Assembly: GCA_041984925.1 (NCBI GenBank)
Contig: JBHIXF010000012.1
Location: 34,029 to 98,028 of the forward strand
DNA: 64,000 nucleotides
Source: Comamonas sp.
Lineage (GTDB): Bacteria > Pseudomonadota > Gammaproteobacteria > Burkholderiales > Burkholderiaceae_C
Direction: 5' to 3'
In this document: positions 56,295-64,000 of the stretch, one piece after another
How the letters are laid out: each line of letters begins with the position of its first letter
Numbering within the stretch: position 1 is the first letter of the stretch
Program-made: the position numbers and the translations under genes
The notes under the pieces: generated by a model
Database searches by the model: none
Told to the model about the DNA's origin: nothing
What the model saw: the letters and a program-made list of their open reading frames with translations, nothing else

Positions 56295-57002
56295 TCATTC
56301 GGTTTCCAGCATGGTCTTGAGCAGCGGAATGGTGATGGCGCGCTTGTTGCGCAGGGCAAAGCCGTCGAGCATGTCGAGCAGCTGCATCAGGCTGCCCAGG
56401 TCGCGCGAGAAGCGCTTGAGCATGTAGTCCATCACATCGTCGCCCAGAAAAACGCCACGGGCATCGGCCTCCTGGCGCAGCACCGCGCGGCGCGCGGTCT
56501 CGTCGAGCAGCTGCAGCTGGAACACATGGCCCCAGCCCAGCCGCGTGCGCAGGTCCTCGCGCAGCTTGAGGTCGGCCGGCGGCAGCGGCCCCGCGCCCAG
56601 CACCCAGCGCGGCGAGCCCGTGGCCGGACTGGTGGCGTTGACGAACCAGTTGAAGGCACGCGCCTGCTGCAGCGGCGTATAGATGTCCACGTCGTCCATG
56701 AGCACGGCGGCCCAGCGCTCGTCGAAGGGTGGCGGAAACAGCGTGGTCGCATCCATCCAGCCGACCATGGCGCCCTGCTCGCGCAGCGCCTCGCGCACGG
56801 CCTTGAGCAGATGCGTCTTGCCGGAGCCGGACTCGCCCCACAGGTAGGTGGGCACCGGCGCGCGCGCCGTCTGCATGCGGCCATCGCCCACCCAGTGGCG
56901 CAGGTGGTCGATCACGGCCTCGTTGGGGCCGACGAAAAAACGCGACAGCGTCGGGCTCGACGCCATGCTGATGTCCAGGGCCAGCTGCTTCATCCGCGTC
57001 AT
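56295..57002 (-). CDS. hda: DnaA regulatory inactivator Hda
   Basis: Start at the ATG at 57002 (or 56993). Walker A-like GESGSGKTHLLKA and a DnaA-domain-III-like fold. Neighbourhood with purM and a perM-like gene as in E. coli. Confidence 0.88.
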   Translation of the reverse strand: MTRMKQLALDISMASSPTLSRFFVGPNEAVIDHLRHWVGDGRMQTARAPVPTYLWGESGSGKTHLLKAVREALREQGAMVGWMDATTLFPPPFDERWAAVLMDDVDIYTPLQQARAFNWFVNATSPATGSPRWVLGAGPLPPADLKLREDLRTRLGWGHVFQLQLLDETARRAVLRQEADARGVFLGDDVMDYMLKRFSRDLGSLMQLLDMLDGFALRNKRAITIPLLKTMLETE

Positions 57003-57315
57003 ACGCGCAGAGCCCCCCTTCCTGGATCCAGGCGGGTTCCGGCGGCAAGGGCTGGCAAAAGAATCGGCTGCGGCATTGAGATGAAAGCAGAAACGGGCCT
57101 GCGGCGGCACGGGGCCGCGGCAGGCATACGGAGCCCCGGTCGACGGAGGCAGCGCACGGGATTTTAGTCTGCGCGGCGGGCCCTATGGCGGCGGCAGGGT
57201 CGGCCGGTGGGCCGAAAACCCCCTGGAAGCCCCCGTGCAGCCACCGCTTTCGGGGCGCTCGCCGTAGAATCCCGGGGTTTCAGCCCGACCTTCGGGCCCA
57301 CGCACCGAACCATCC

Positions 57316-58368
57316 ATGAGCTCTTCTGCCCCCTCCTCTACCCCGATCTCCTATAAAGACGCCGGCGTCGACATCGACGCGGGCGACGCCCTGGTCGAGC
57401 GCATCAAGCCGCTGGCCAAGAAGACCATGCGCGAAGGCGTGATGGCCGGCATCGGGGGCTTCGGAGCCCTGTTCGAGGTGCCCAAGCGCTACAAGGAGCC
57501 CGTGCTGGTCTCGGGCACCGACGGCGTGGGCACCAAGCTCAAGCTGGCCTTCGAGTGGAACATGCATGACACCGTGGGCATCGACCTCGTGGCCATGAGC
57601 GTCAACGACGTGCTGGTGCAGGGTGCCGAGCCCCTGTTCTTCCTCGACTACTTCGCCTGCGGCAAGCTGGACGTGGACACGGCTGCCGCCGTGGTCGGCG
57701 GCATCGCGCGCGGCTGCGAACTGTCGGGCTGCGCACTGATCGGCGGCGAAACCGCCGAGATGCCCGGCATGTACCCGGCAGGCGAGTACGACCTGGCGGG
57801 CTTTGCCGTGGGCGCCGTCGAAAAGTCCAAGATCCTGACCGGCCAGAACGTGGCCGCCGGCGACGTGGTGCTGGGCCTGGCCTCGGCCGGCGTGCACTCC
57901 AACGGCTTTTCCCTGGTGCGCAAGTGCATCGAACGCGCCGAAAGCCAGGGCGCACTGCCCGCCACGCTGGACGGCAAGCCGTTCAGGCAGGCCATCATGG
58001 AGCCCACGCGCCTGTACGTGAAGAACGTGCTGGCCGCCCTGGAGCAGCACCCCATCAAGGCACTGGCCCACATCACGGGCGGCGGCCTGCTGGAGAACAT
58101 TCCGCGCGTGCTGCCCGAGGGCCTGGCCGCCCACCTGGACGCCGGCAGCTGGCCCCAGACGGAACTGTTCGCCTGGCTGCAGAAGACGGCCGGCATCGAC
58201 GCCATCGAGATGAACCGCACCTTCAACAACGGCATCGGCATGGTCATCGTCGTTCCCGCCGAAGCGGCCGCCGCCACTGCAGCCACGCTGCAGCAGCTGG
58301 GTGAAACCGTCCACACCATCGGTCGCATCGCCGAGCGCGGCGCCGGCCAGCCGGTCGAAGTCCGCTGA
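57316..58368 (+). CDS. purM: Phosphoribosylformylglycinamidine cyclo-ligase (AIR synthetase)
   Basis: 350-aa ORF with [53 protein letters not shown]. Confidence 0.95.
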   Translation: MSSSAPSSTPISYKDAGVDIDAGDALVERIKPLAKKTMREGVMAGIGGFGALFEVPKRYKEPVLVSGTDGVGTKLKLAFEWNMHDTVGIDLVAMSVNDVLVQGAEPLFFLDYFACGKLDVDTAAAVVGGIARGCELSGCALIGGETAEMPGMYPAGEYDLAGFAVGAVEKSKILTGQNVAAGDVVLGLASAGVHSNGFSLVRKCIERAESQGALPATLDGKPFRQAIMEPTRLYVKNVLAALEQHPIKALAHITGGGLLENIPRVLPEGLAAHLDAGSWPQTELFAWLQKTAGIDAIEMNRTFNNGIGMVIVVPAEAAAATAATLQQLGETVHTIGRIAERGAGQPVEVR

Positions 58369-58386
58369 GCATCGGCGGCGCAGCGC

Positions 58387-59451
58387 ATGAGCCAGCACCT
58401 GCCCACCACCACACCCGTCGCCCCCTCGCAGCCCGCGCCCACGCGCGGCGTGACATTGTCCAGCTACCTGCTGATGGCGGGCGCCCTGCTGCTGATCATG
58501 TGGCAGGGGCTGCTGCCGGGCATGCTGTGCGTCTGCGTGGGCTTCCTGGTCACGCGCAGCATCGCCGCGCTGCTGGCGCGCACCCAGCCCAAGACGCGCC
58601 GCGGCGTGCTGCCGCGCTGGACCCAGCTGGTCGCGGCCGCCATCGTCATCCTCGCGCCGCTGGCCCTGCTCAGTGGCGCCCTGTCGCATACGCGCACCTA
58701 CATCACCGACGCGCCCCAGCAATACCGCGAGCTGCTCGATTACCTCGCGCACACGGTGCTGGAGCTGCGTGAAAAGCTGCCCGCCGACATGGCCGAGCAG
58801 CTGCCCGACGGCGCCCAGGAGATCCAGCATCTGCTGGCCAGCTACCTGGCCGCCAAGGCCGGTGCGCTGGCCCATGCGGGCCGGGCCTGGCTGACGGGCC
58901 TGCTGTACGCCTACGTCGGCCTGATCATCGGCGCCCTGGCCGCCGTGCGGCCGATGACCGCGCGCCGTCCGCCGCTGGTGGCCGCGCTGCGCGAGCGCAT
59001 CCGCCTCCTGGGCCAGGCTTTCCGCCAGATCGTGGCCGCCCAGTTCTGGATCGCGGCCTTCAACACCCTGCTCACGGCCATTTTCCTGCTGGGCGTGCTG
59101 CCGCACTGGCAGCTGACCCTGCCCTACACGCCGGCCCTGATCACGCTGACCTTCGTGGCCGGCCTCGTGCCCATCGTCGGCAACCTGCTGTGCAATGCGG
59201 TGATCACCATCGTGGGGCTGTCCGTCTCGCCCGTGGCCGCCGCGGCCTGCCTGGGCTTTCTCATCCTGATCCACAAGGCAGAGTATGTGATCAACGCCAA
59301 GGTCGTGGGCCAGCGCACGCACATGGGCGTCTGGGAGCTGCTGGCGGTGATGTTCGTCGCCGAGTCGGTGTTCGGCCCGGCAGGCCTTGTGGCCGCGCCT
59401 TTGTTCTACGCCTACCTCAAGAAGGAGCTGGAGGCGGTGCGCCTGGTCTGA
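58387..59451 (+). CDS. AI-2E family transporter (PerM-like permease)
   Basis: 354-aa polytopic ORF. Size, topology and position next to purM/hda are consistent with PerM-family proteins. I did not identify specific motifs with certainty. Confidence 0.6.
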   Translation: MSQHLPTTTPVAPSQPAPTRGVTLSSYLLMAGALLLIMWQGLLPGMLCVCVGFLVTRSIAALLARTQPKTRRGVLPRWTQLVAAAIVILAPLALLSGALSHTRTYITDAPQQYRELLDYLAHTVLELREKLPADMAEQLPDGAQEIQHLLASYLAAKAGALAHAGRAWLTGLLYAYVGLIIGALAAVRPMTARRPPLVAALRERIRLLGQAFRQIVAAQFWIAAFNTLLTAIFLLGVLPHWQLTLPYTPALITLTFVAGLVPIVGNLLCNAVITIVGLSVSPVAAAACLGFLILIHKAEYVINAKVVGQRTHMGVWELLAVMFVAESVFGPAGLVAAPLFYAYLKKELEAVRLV

Positions 59452-59471
59452 GGCCAGGCCCGCGCAGCGCC

Positions 59472-60317
59472 TCAGAGTCCCTTGAGCCGCCGGATCACCT
59501 CGCGCACGGCCACGGCCTGGCTGCCGCTGCGCGTGCCCAGAAAGCGCTCCAGGTCCTCCAGTGCGCGCTCGGTCACGCCCCATTGCGCGTAGGCCAGGCC
59601 GCGGTCGCGCAGCACCTCAGGCATGTCGGGACGCAGCACGGCCAGGCGATTGAGCACGGCCACCAGCAGCGGCCAGTCGCGCCGCGCATGGTGGATTTCC
59701 TGCAGGTTGCGCAGCATGCGCTCCAGGATGTCGCGCGGCTGCGCCGCCTGCAGGTACAGGCCCAGCGGCGCGGCCTCTTCGGGCGGCACACCCGCGTTCT
59801 GCCAGAACGGCTCCAGCCGCTCGGCCAGGTTGCCCGCCGAAAACGACTCCCCGGTCAGCGGGTCCATGACCACCTGCCCCTGGGGCAGGCGCAGCTTGAC
59901 GAGAAAATGGCCGGGAAACCCCACCCCCTGGGCCGGCAGCCCGATGCCGGCCGCCAGTTCCAGCCAGACCAGCGCAATGCTGACGGGAATGCCGCGCCGC
60001 GTCTGCAGCACATGGTGGATGTAGCTGTTGGCCGGGTCGTAGTAATCGTTGAGATTGCCCGAGAATCCCAGCTCGCCGTAGAAGAACTGGTTGAGCACGC
60101 GCAGGCACTGCAGCGGATCGGCCTCGCCCGCCAGGCGCTGCGTCAGGCGCACCTGCAGCCGGTCGAGTTCGGCATTGGCCGCCTGAAGGTCCAGGTCGGG
60201 CATGGCATCCTGGGCAATGCTGATGGCGGCCTCCATCAGGGGAAGCCCCTCGTCGGTCTGCACGAGGGCCGCGAAATACTGCAGGGCCGTCGGCTTGTGG
60301 TCGTAACTCCAGCTCAT
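59472..60317 (-). CDS. SirB1 family protein (transglutaminase-like N-domain plus TPR)
   Basis: 281-aa ORF. N-terminal region (DLDLQAANAELDRL...LNQFFYGELGFSGNLNDYYDPANSYIHHVLQTRRGIPVSIALVWLELA...GFPGHFLVKL) is typical of the SirB1 N-domain. Confidence 0.8.
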   Translation of the reverse strand: MSWSYDHKPTALQYFAALVQTDEGLPLMEAAISIAQDAMPDLDLQAANAELDRLQVRLTQRLAGEADPLQCLRVLNQFFYGELGFSGNLNDYYDPANSYIHHVLQTRRGIPVSIALVWLELAAGIGLPAQGVGFPGHFLVKLRLPQGQVVMDPLTGESFSAGNLAERLEPFWQNAGVPPEEAAPLGLYLQAAQPRDILERMLRNLQEIHHARRDWPLLVAVLNRLAVLRPDMPEVLRDRGLAYAQWGVTERALEDLERFLGTRSGSQAVAVREVIRRLKGL

Positions 60318-60383
60318 GGTGCTTTATAGATGGCAGCGTCCGGTCCCGCAATCGTGCGGACGATGAAGCCCCGCACGGCAGCG

Positions 60384-61949
60384 CTAGCGGCGCAGCAGTT
60401 CGCGCAGCTTCAGGCCCGCGGCCCATAGCGCGCCGAAATACAGCAGCGCCGATGCCAGCAGCATGGCGGCCAGCAGGCCCGCGCGGCGCCAACCGTCGGC
60501 GCGCAGCGCAATCCAGTCGAAATGCTGGCTGCCCCACGTCAGCAGCACGGCCAGCAGGCTGCTGGCGGCAATCACCTGCAGCGCCAGTTTCCACCAGCCA
60601 GGCCTGGGACGGTAGACACCGCGCCGCAGCAGGCCGAAAAGCAGCCAGCCCGCATTGACCAGGGCCGCCAGGCCGATGGACAAGGCCAGGCCCGTGTGCG
60701 CCAGCCAGGGCACCAGCACCAGATTCAGCAACTGGGTGATGACCAGCACCACGACGGCGATCTTCACGGGCGTGCGGATATCCTGGCTCGCGTAGTAGCC
60801 GGGCGCCAGCACCTTGATGGCCACCAGGCCCACCAGGCCTGCGCCGTAGCCGATCAGGGCCAGCGCGATCTGGCCCACATCGCTGTCCCGCAGCTCGCCA
60901 CGGTGAAAGAGCGTGGCCACCAGCGGCTCGGCAAAGGTCAGCAGGCCCACGGCGCAGGGCACGGCCAGCAGCACCACCAGCCGCAGCCCCCAGTCGAGCA
61001 TGGACGAATAGCGGTCCGCATCGCCTGCCGCCTTGGCCGAGGCAAGCTGCGGCGTCAGCACCACGCCCAGCGCCACGCCCAGCAGCGCCGTGGGAAACTC
61101 CATGAGGCGGTCGGCATAGAACAGCCAGGTCACGCTGCCCGGCTGCATATACGAAGCGATCTGCGTGTTGATCATCAGCGAGATCTGGGCCACGCCCACG
61201 CCCAGCAGGGCTGGCGCCATCAGCGCCAGAATGCGGCGCACGCCCGCCATGTTCCAGGCCGTGCGCAGGGCCGTTGCCGAACACCCGATGCGCGGCAGCA
61301 GGCCCAGGCGCACCAGCGCGGGCAGTTGCACGCCAAGCTGCAAGACCCCGCCCAGCATCACGCCGCCGGCCATGGCGTAGATGGGCTCGATGCCGCGGGC
61401 CGCCAGCCAGGGAGCGCCCCACCAGGCGGCGGCAATCATGCTCAGGTTCAGCAGCACCGGAGTGGCGGCCGAGACCGCGAAACGCTTCCAGGTGTTGAGC
61501 ACGCCCGCCGACAGCGCCACCAGCGACATGAAGCCGATGTAGGGAAACATCCAGCGCGTCATCAGCACGGCGGCGTCATAGCCCTCGGGCGACTGGCGCA
61601 GGCCGCTGGCCAGCAGCCACACCAGCAGCGGCGCACCCAGCACGCCCAGCACGCAGGTCGCCACCAGCACCCAGAACAGCAAGGTGGCCACGTGGGAAAT
61701 CAGCTGGCGCGTGGCCTCTTCCCCCTCCCGGGCCTTGGTGGCGGCCAGCACCGGCACGAAGGCCTGGCTGAAGGCGCCTTCGGCAAACAGGCGGCGGAAC
61801 AGATTGGGAATACGGAACGCGACGTTGAAGGCGTCGGTCAGCGCATTGGCCCCGAACATGGAGGCCATGAGCAGATCGCGGACCAGCCCCGTGATGCGGG
61901 AGGCCAGCGTCAGCAGGGAGACGGTGGAGGCGGCTTTGAACAGTGACAC
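60384..61949 (-). CDS. murJ: Lipid II flippase MurJ
   Basis: GTG start proposed at 61949 ((V)[67 protein letters not shown]). 14-TM MviN/MurJ pattern. Divergent from rpsT, as in many proteobacteria. Confidence 0.92.
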   Translation of the reverse strand: MSLFKAASTVSLLTLASRITGLVRDLLMASMFGANALTDAFNVAFRIPNLFRRLFAEGAFSQAFVPVLAATKAREGEEATRQLISHVATLLFWVLVATCVLGVLGAPLLVWLLASGLRQSPEGYDAAVLMTRWMFPYIGFMSLVALSAGVLNTWKRFAVSAATPVLLNLSMIAAAWWGAPWLAARGIEPIYAMAGGVMLGGVLQLGVQLPALVRLGLLPRIGCSATALRTAWNMAGVRRILALMAPALLGVGVAQISLMINTQIASYMQPGSVTWLFYADRLMEFPTALLGVALGVVLTPQLASAKAAGDADRYSSMLDWGLRLVVLLAVPCAVGLLTFAEPLVATLFHRGELRDSDVGQIALALIGYGAGLVGLVAIKVLAPGYYASQDIRTPVKIAVVVLVITQLLNLVLVPWLAHTGLALSIGLAALVNAGWLLFGLLRRGVYRPRPGWWKLALQVIAASSLLAVLLTWGSQHFDWIALRADGWRRAGLLAAMLLASALLYFGALWAAGLKLRELLRR

Positions 61950-62063
61950 CGTGCGAAGTGTATGCGCAGGCACGGTGCGCCGGCCCCGCCGCCGACAGCG
62001 ATTGCACTCTGTAGCAACACGGCGGGCGCCGGAGGGCCGCCAGGCCCCGCCAAAAGCCGCGCA

Positions 62064-62072
62064 TGCTATAAT
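62064..62072 (+). promoter_or_regulatory. Candidate extended -10 promoter element of rpsT (TGcTATAAT)
   Basis: TGCTATAAT lies 46 nt upstream of the rpsT ATG. TATAAT hexamers are rare in this 67% GC sequence. No clear -35 element. Confidence 0.45.
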
Positions 62073-62117
62073 CCCGCGCTTCGCCGACAACATCCTCAGA
62101 CACTAGGAATACATACC

Positions 62118-62417
62118 ATGGCATCCAAGCCCGTAAAGAAGAACCCCCGCCTGGCATCCGGCCGCAAGCGCGCACGCCAGGACGTCAAGCTCAACGCAGC
62201 CAACACCTCGCTGCGTTCCAAGTACCGCACCGCCGTCAAGAAGGTTGAAAAGGCCGTCCTGGCTGGCGACAAGGCCAAGGCAACCGAACTGTTCGCCGCA
62301 GCCCAATCCGTTCTGGACACGATCGCCGACAAGGGCATCTTCCACAAGAACAAGGCCGCTCGCGACAAGAGCCGCCTGTCCGCCAAGGTCAAGGCCCTGG
62401 CAGCAGCCGCCGCCTGA
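62118..62417 (+). CDS. rpsT: 30S ribosomal protein S20
   Basis: 99-aa basic product [47 protein letters not shown]... Terminator at 62487-62512. Confidence 0.95.
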   Translation: MASKPVKKNPRLASGRKRARQDVKLNAANTSLRSKYRTAVKKVEKAVLAGDKAKATELFAAAQSVLDTIADKGIFHKNKAARDKSRLSAKVKALAAAAA

Positions 62418-62486
62418 CCCACTCAGGCAACCGCACGGATGGCTCCGGCCATCTGCCGTTTGTAACGGGTGCGCTGTCAGCGAATG

Positions 62487-62512
62487 AAAAAACCGCCTCC
62501 GGGCGGTTTTTT
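62487..62512. terminator. Bidirectional terminator between rpsT and the SDR gene
   Basis: AAAAAA-CCGCC-TCCG-GGCGG-TTTTTT. Confidence 0.8.
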
Positions 62513-62552
62513 CATGGCCGGGCCGCTTCAGGCTGCGGGCGCACCGGCACGC

Positions 62553-63647
62553 TCAGAACCAGCCATTGCTTCGATACCAGTCCACGGTATCGGCCAGGGT
62601 CTGCCTGACCGGGCGAAACACCAGGCCCAGCTCGCGTTCGCTCTTTTGCGGATCGAACCGGGTGCGCCCCGCCTCCCGCGCCATCAGGCGCACTGTCGCC
62701 AATCCCAGCAGCACCGGCTTGCCGGACAGGCGCGCATAGGCTTCCTGAACACAGGCCAGCAGGTACAGCACGGGCCAAGGCAGCTTGCGGGTGGGCACGG
62801 CCATGCCACCCGCCTCGCCCAGCAGGGGGATCAACTCCTCCATCACCATGTGGCGCCCGGCGGCAAGGTAGCGCTCTCCGGGCCGTCCGCGCTCGGCTGC
62901 CGCGATATGCGCCAGCGCCACGTCACGGGCATCGACCACGGAGAAACTGCTCGGCACCAGCCCCGGCAGCCTGCCGCGCGCCACGTCATTGACGAGTTGG
63001 CCGGCCGACGTCGGCCCCCTATCGCCCGGTCCCCACATCCAGCCAGGCAGCACAAAGCAGGCCCGCATTGGCGGATGCGCCTGGACAAAGGCGCGCACCT
63101 CGGCATCGGCCAGCATCTTGCTGCGGTAGTAATCGTCCGCGTCGGACAGCCGGCGATCACAGGTTTCGTCGATCAGGGTCCCCGGCGCGCCGTCCAGAAC
63201 CGCAATGGATGACGTCTGCACGAAGCATCGCACGCCCGCCGCATGCGCCGCCGCAATCAGGGCGGCCGAGCCGTCCACATTGATGCGCTTGAGTTCAGTC
63301 CAGTGGCGCCCGCCCTTGTAGCTGTCACGGAAATAGGCGGCGGTATGGAACACGGCATCGCAACCCTGCAAGCGGTCCGCAAAGGCGGCGACATCGGCCA
63401 TGTCACCTTCCACCACCTGGACCAGAGGCAGATCTTCGAACTGGCTTCGCGCCTTGTCCATCGACCTCGCAAGCGCACGCACGGCGATGCCCCGCGCCAC
63501 CAGCGCACGCACCAGATTGTTGCCCAGCAAGCCCGTGGCACCGGTGACGAAGACCTGCCGCAAAGAGGCGCCGGGCGCGGGGAGCGTGGATTCGAGGGAG
63601 GCCGGAGGGACGCTGGGTCCGTCTTGGCACGAGGTCTGGTTGTGCAT
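62553..63647 (-). CDS. NAD-dependent epimerase/dehydratase (dihydroflavonol-reductase-like extended SDR)
   Basis: Start at the ATG at 63647. Rossmann motif VFVTGATGLLGNNLVRALVARG and a YxxxK region (YYRSKMLAD). Confidence 0.82.
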   Translation of the reverse strand: MHNQTSCQDGPSVPPASLESTLPAPGASLRQVFVTGATGLLGNNLVRALVARGIAVRALARSMDKARSQFEDLPLVQVVEGDMADVAAFADRLQGCDAVFHTAAYFRDSYKGGRHWTELKRINVDGSAALIAAAHAAGVRCFVQTSSIAVLDGAPGTLIDETCDRRLSDADDYYRSKMLADAEVRAFVQAHPPMRACFVLPGWMWGPGDRGPTSAGQLVNDVARGRLPGLVPSSFSVVDARDVALAHIAAAERGRPGERYLAAGRHMVMEELIPLLGEAGGMAVPTRKLPWPVLYLLACVQEAYARLSGKPVLLGLATVRLMAREAGRTRFDPQKSERELGLVFRPVRQTLADTVDWYRSNGWF

Positions 63648-63685
63648 GGAAAACTCTCTGGAAGATGCCGGCAAGGCAGGTTATT

Positions 63686-63763
63686 TCAGATAACAATTGA
63701 TATTCGGATACCCGATACTATCCTTGCCACTGTCATCGAGTCAACTCAGATACCAATCGATAT
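63686..63763. promoter_or_regulatory. Candidate TetR operator region: two 18-nt direct repeats rich in GATA/TATC
   Basis: TCAGATAACAATTGATAT (63686-63703) and TCAGATACCAATCGATAT (63746-63763) are 16/18 identical and 60 bp apart. They lie in the AT-rich divergent intergenic region between the SDR and TetR genes. Confidence 0.4.
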
Positions 63764-63769
63764 CCCAAA

Positions 63770-64000
63770 ATGCCACATCACCGCCTGACACGAGAAGAAA
63801 GCCAGGAGCAGACCCGCCAGCGCCTGATCGAAGCGGCCTGCAAGCAGGTGGCCGAACGCGGCTTTGCCTCCACCACGGTGCGTGATATCGCCAAAGAGGC
63901 TGGCTACACGCAGGGCGCGTTCTATTCCAACTTCGAGAGCAAGGAAGACCTGCTGCTGGACCTGCTGCGCGAGCACAAGGCACAAGAGGCCCAGCGCATC
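63770..64000 (+). CDS. TetR/AcrR family transcriptional regulator (5' part; runs off the window)
   Basis: ATG at 63770, open to the window end: MPHHRLTREESQEQTRQRLIEAACKQVAERGFASTTVRDIAKEAGYTQGAFYSNFESKEDLL, the canonical TetR N-terminal HTH. Not in the ORF track because no stop lies within the window. Confidence 0.85.
   Translation, partial: MPHHRLTREESQEQTRQRLIEAACKQVAERGFASTTVRDIAKEAGYTQGAFYSNFESKEDLLLDLLREHKAQEAQRI

Overview
High-GC (~67%) chromosomal segment with a betaproteobacterial, most likely Comamonadaceae, gene repertoire (Bug/TctC-type binding proteins, FlhDC, and the conserved hda-purM-perM and murJ-rpsT neighbourhoods). It is mostly core genome. I call 62 protein genes, one tRNA-Leu(CAA) and one FMN riboswitch. 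Housekeeping loci include dxs-ispA-xseB, ppc, hemCDXY, valS, galU, cysM, a probable folK-pcnB-HAD-hda operon, purM, murJ and rpsT. Transport and catabolic modules include a TRAP system with two paralogous binding proteins, a GcdR-like/gcdH/CoA-transferase glutarate module, several LysR-regulated units and orphan binding proteins. I found no transposase, integrase, prophage, CRISPR array or recognisable defence system. The many long ORFs antisense to real genes are high-GC shadow ORFs. The items most worth a second look: (1) a 65-nt cloverleaf-like, CCA-ending tRNA-like element with its own terminator and a near-copy of the adjacent tRNA-Leu promoter/leader, separated from that tRNA by a short BLUF photoreceptor gene; (2) a ChbC-type PTS-EIIC domain fused to a catalytically intact EAL phosphodiesterase, convergent with flhDC; (3) an FMN riboswitch controlling a stand-alone RibH2-like lumazine synthase; (4) a TATAAT promoter followed by a ~110-nt extended hairpin and U-tract in front of an orphan Rieske oxygenase; (5) a pair of secreted Arg/Glu/Gln-rich low-complexity proteins containing an 87-bp tandem repeat. 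Protein calls rest on reading the supplied translations against remembered family motifs. No database search was run.
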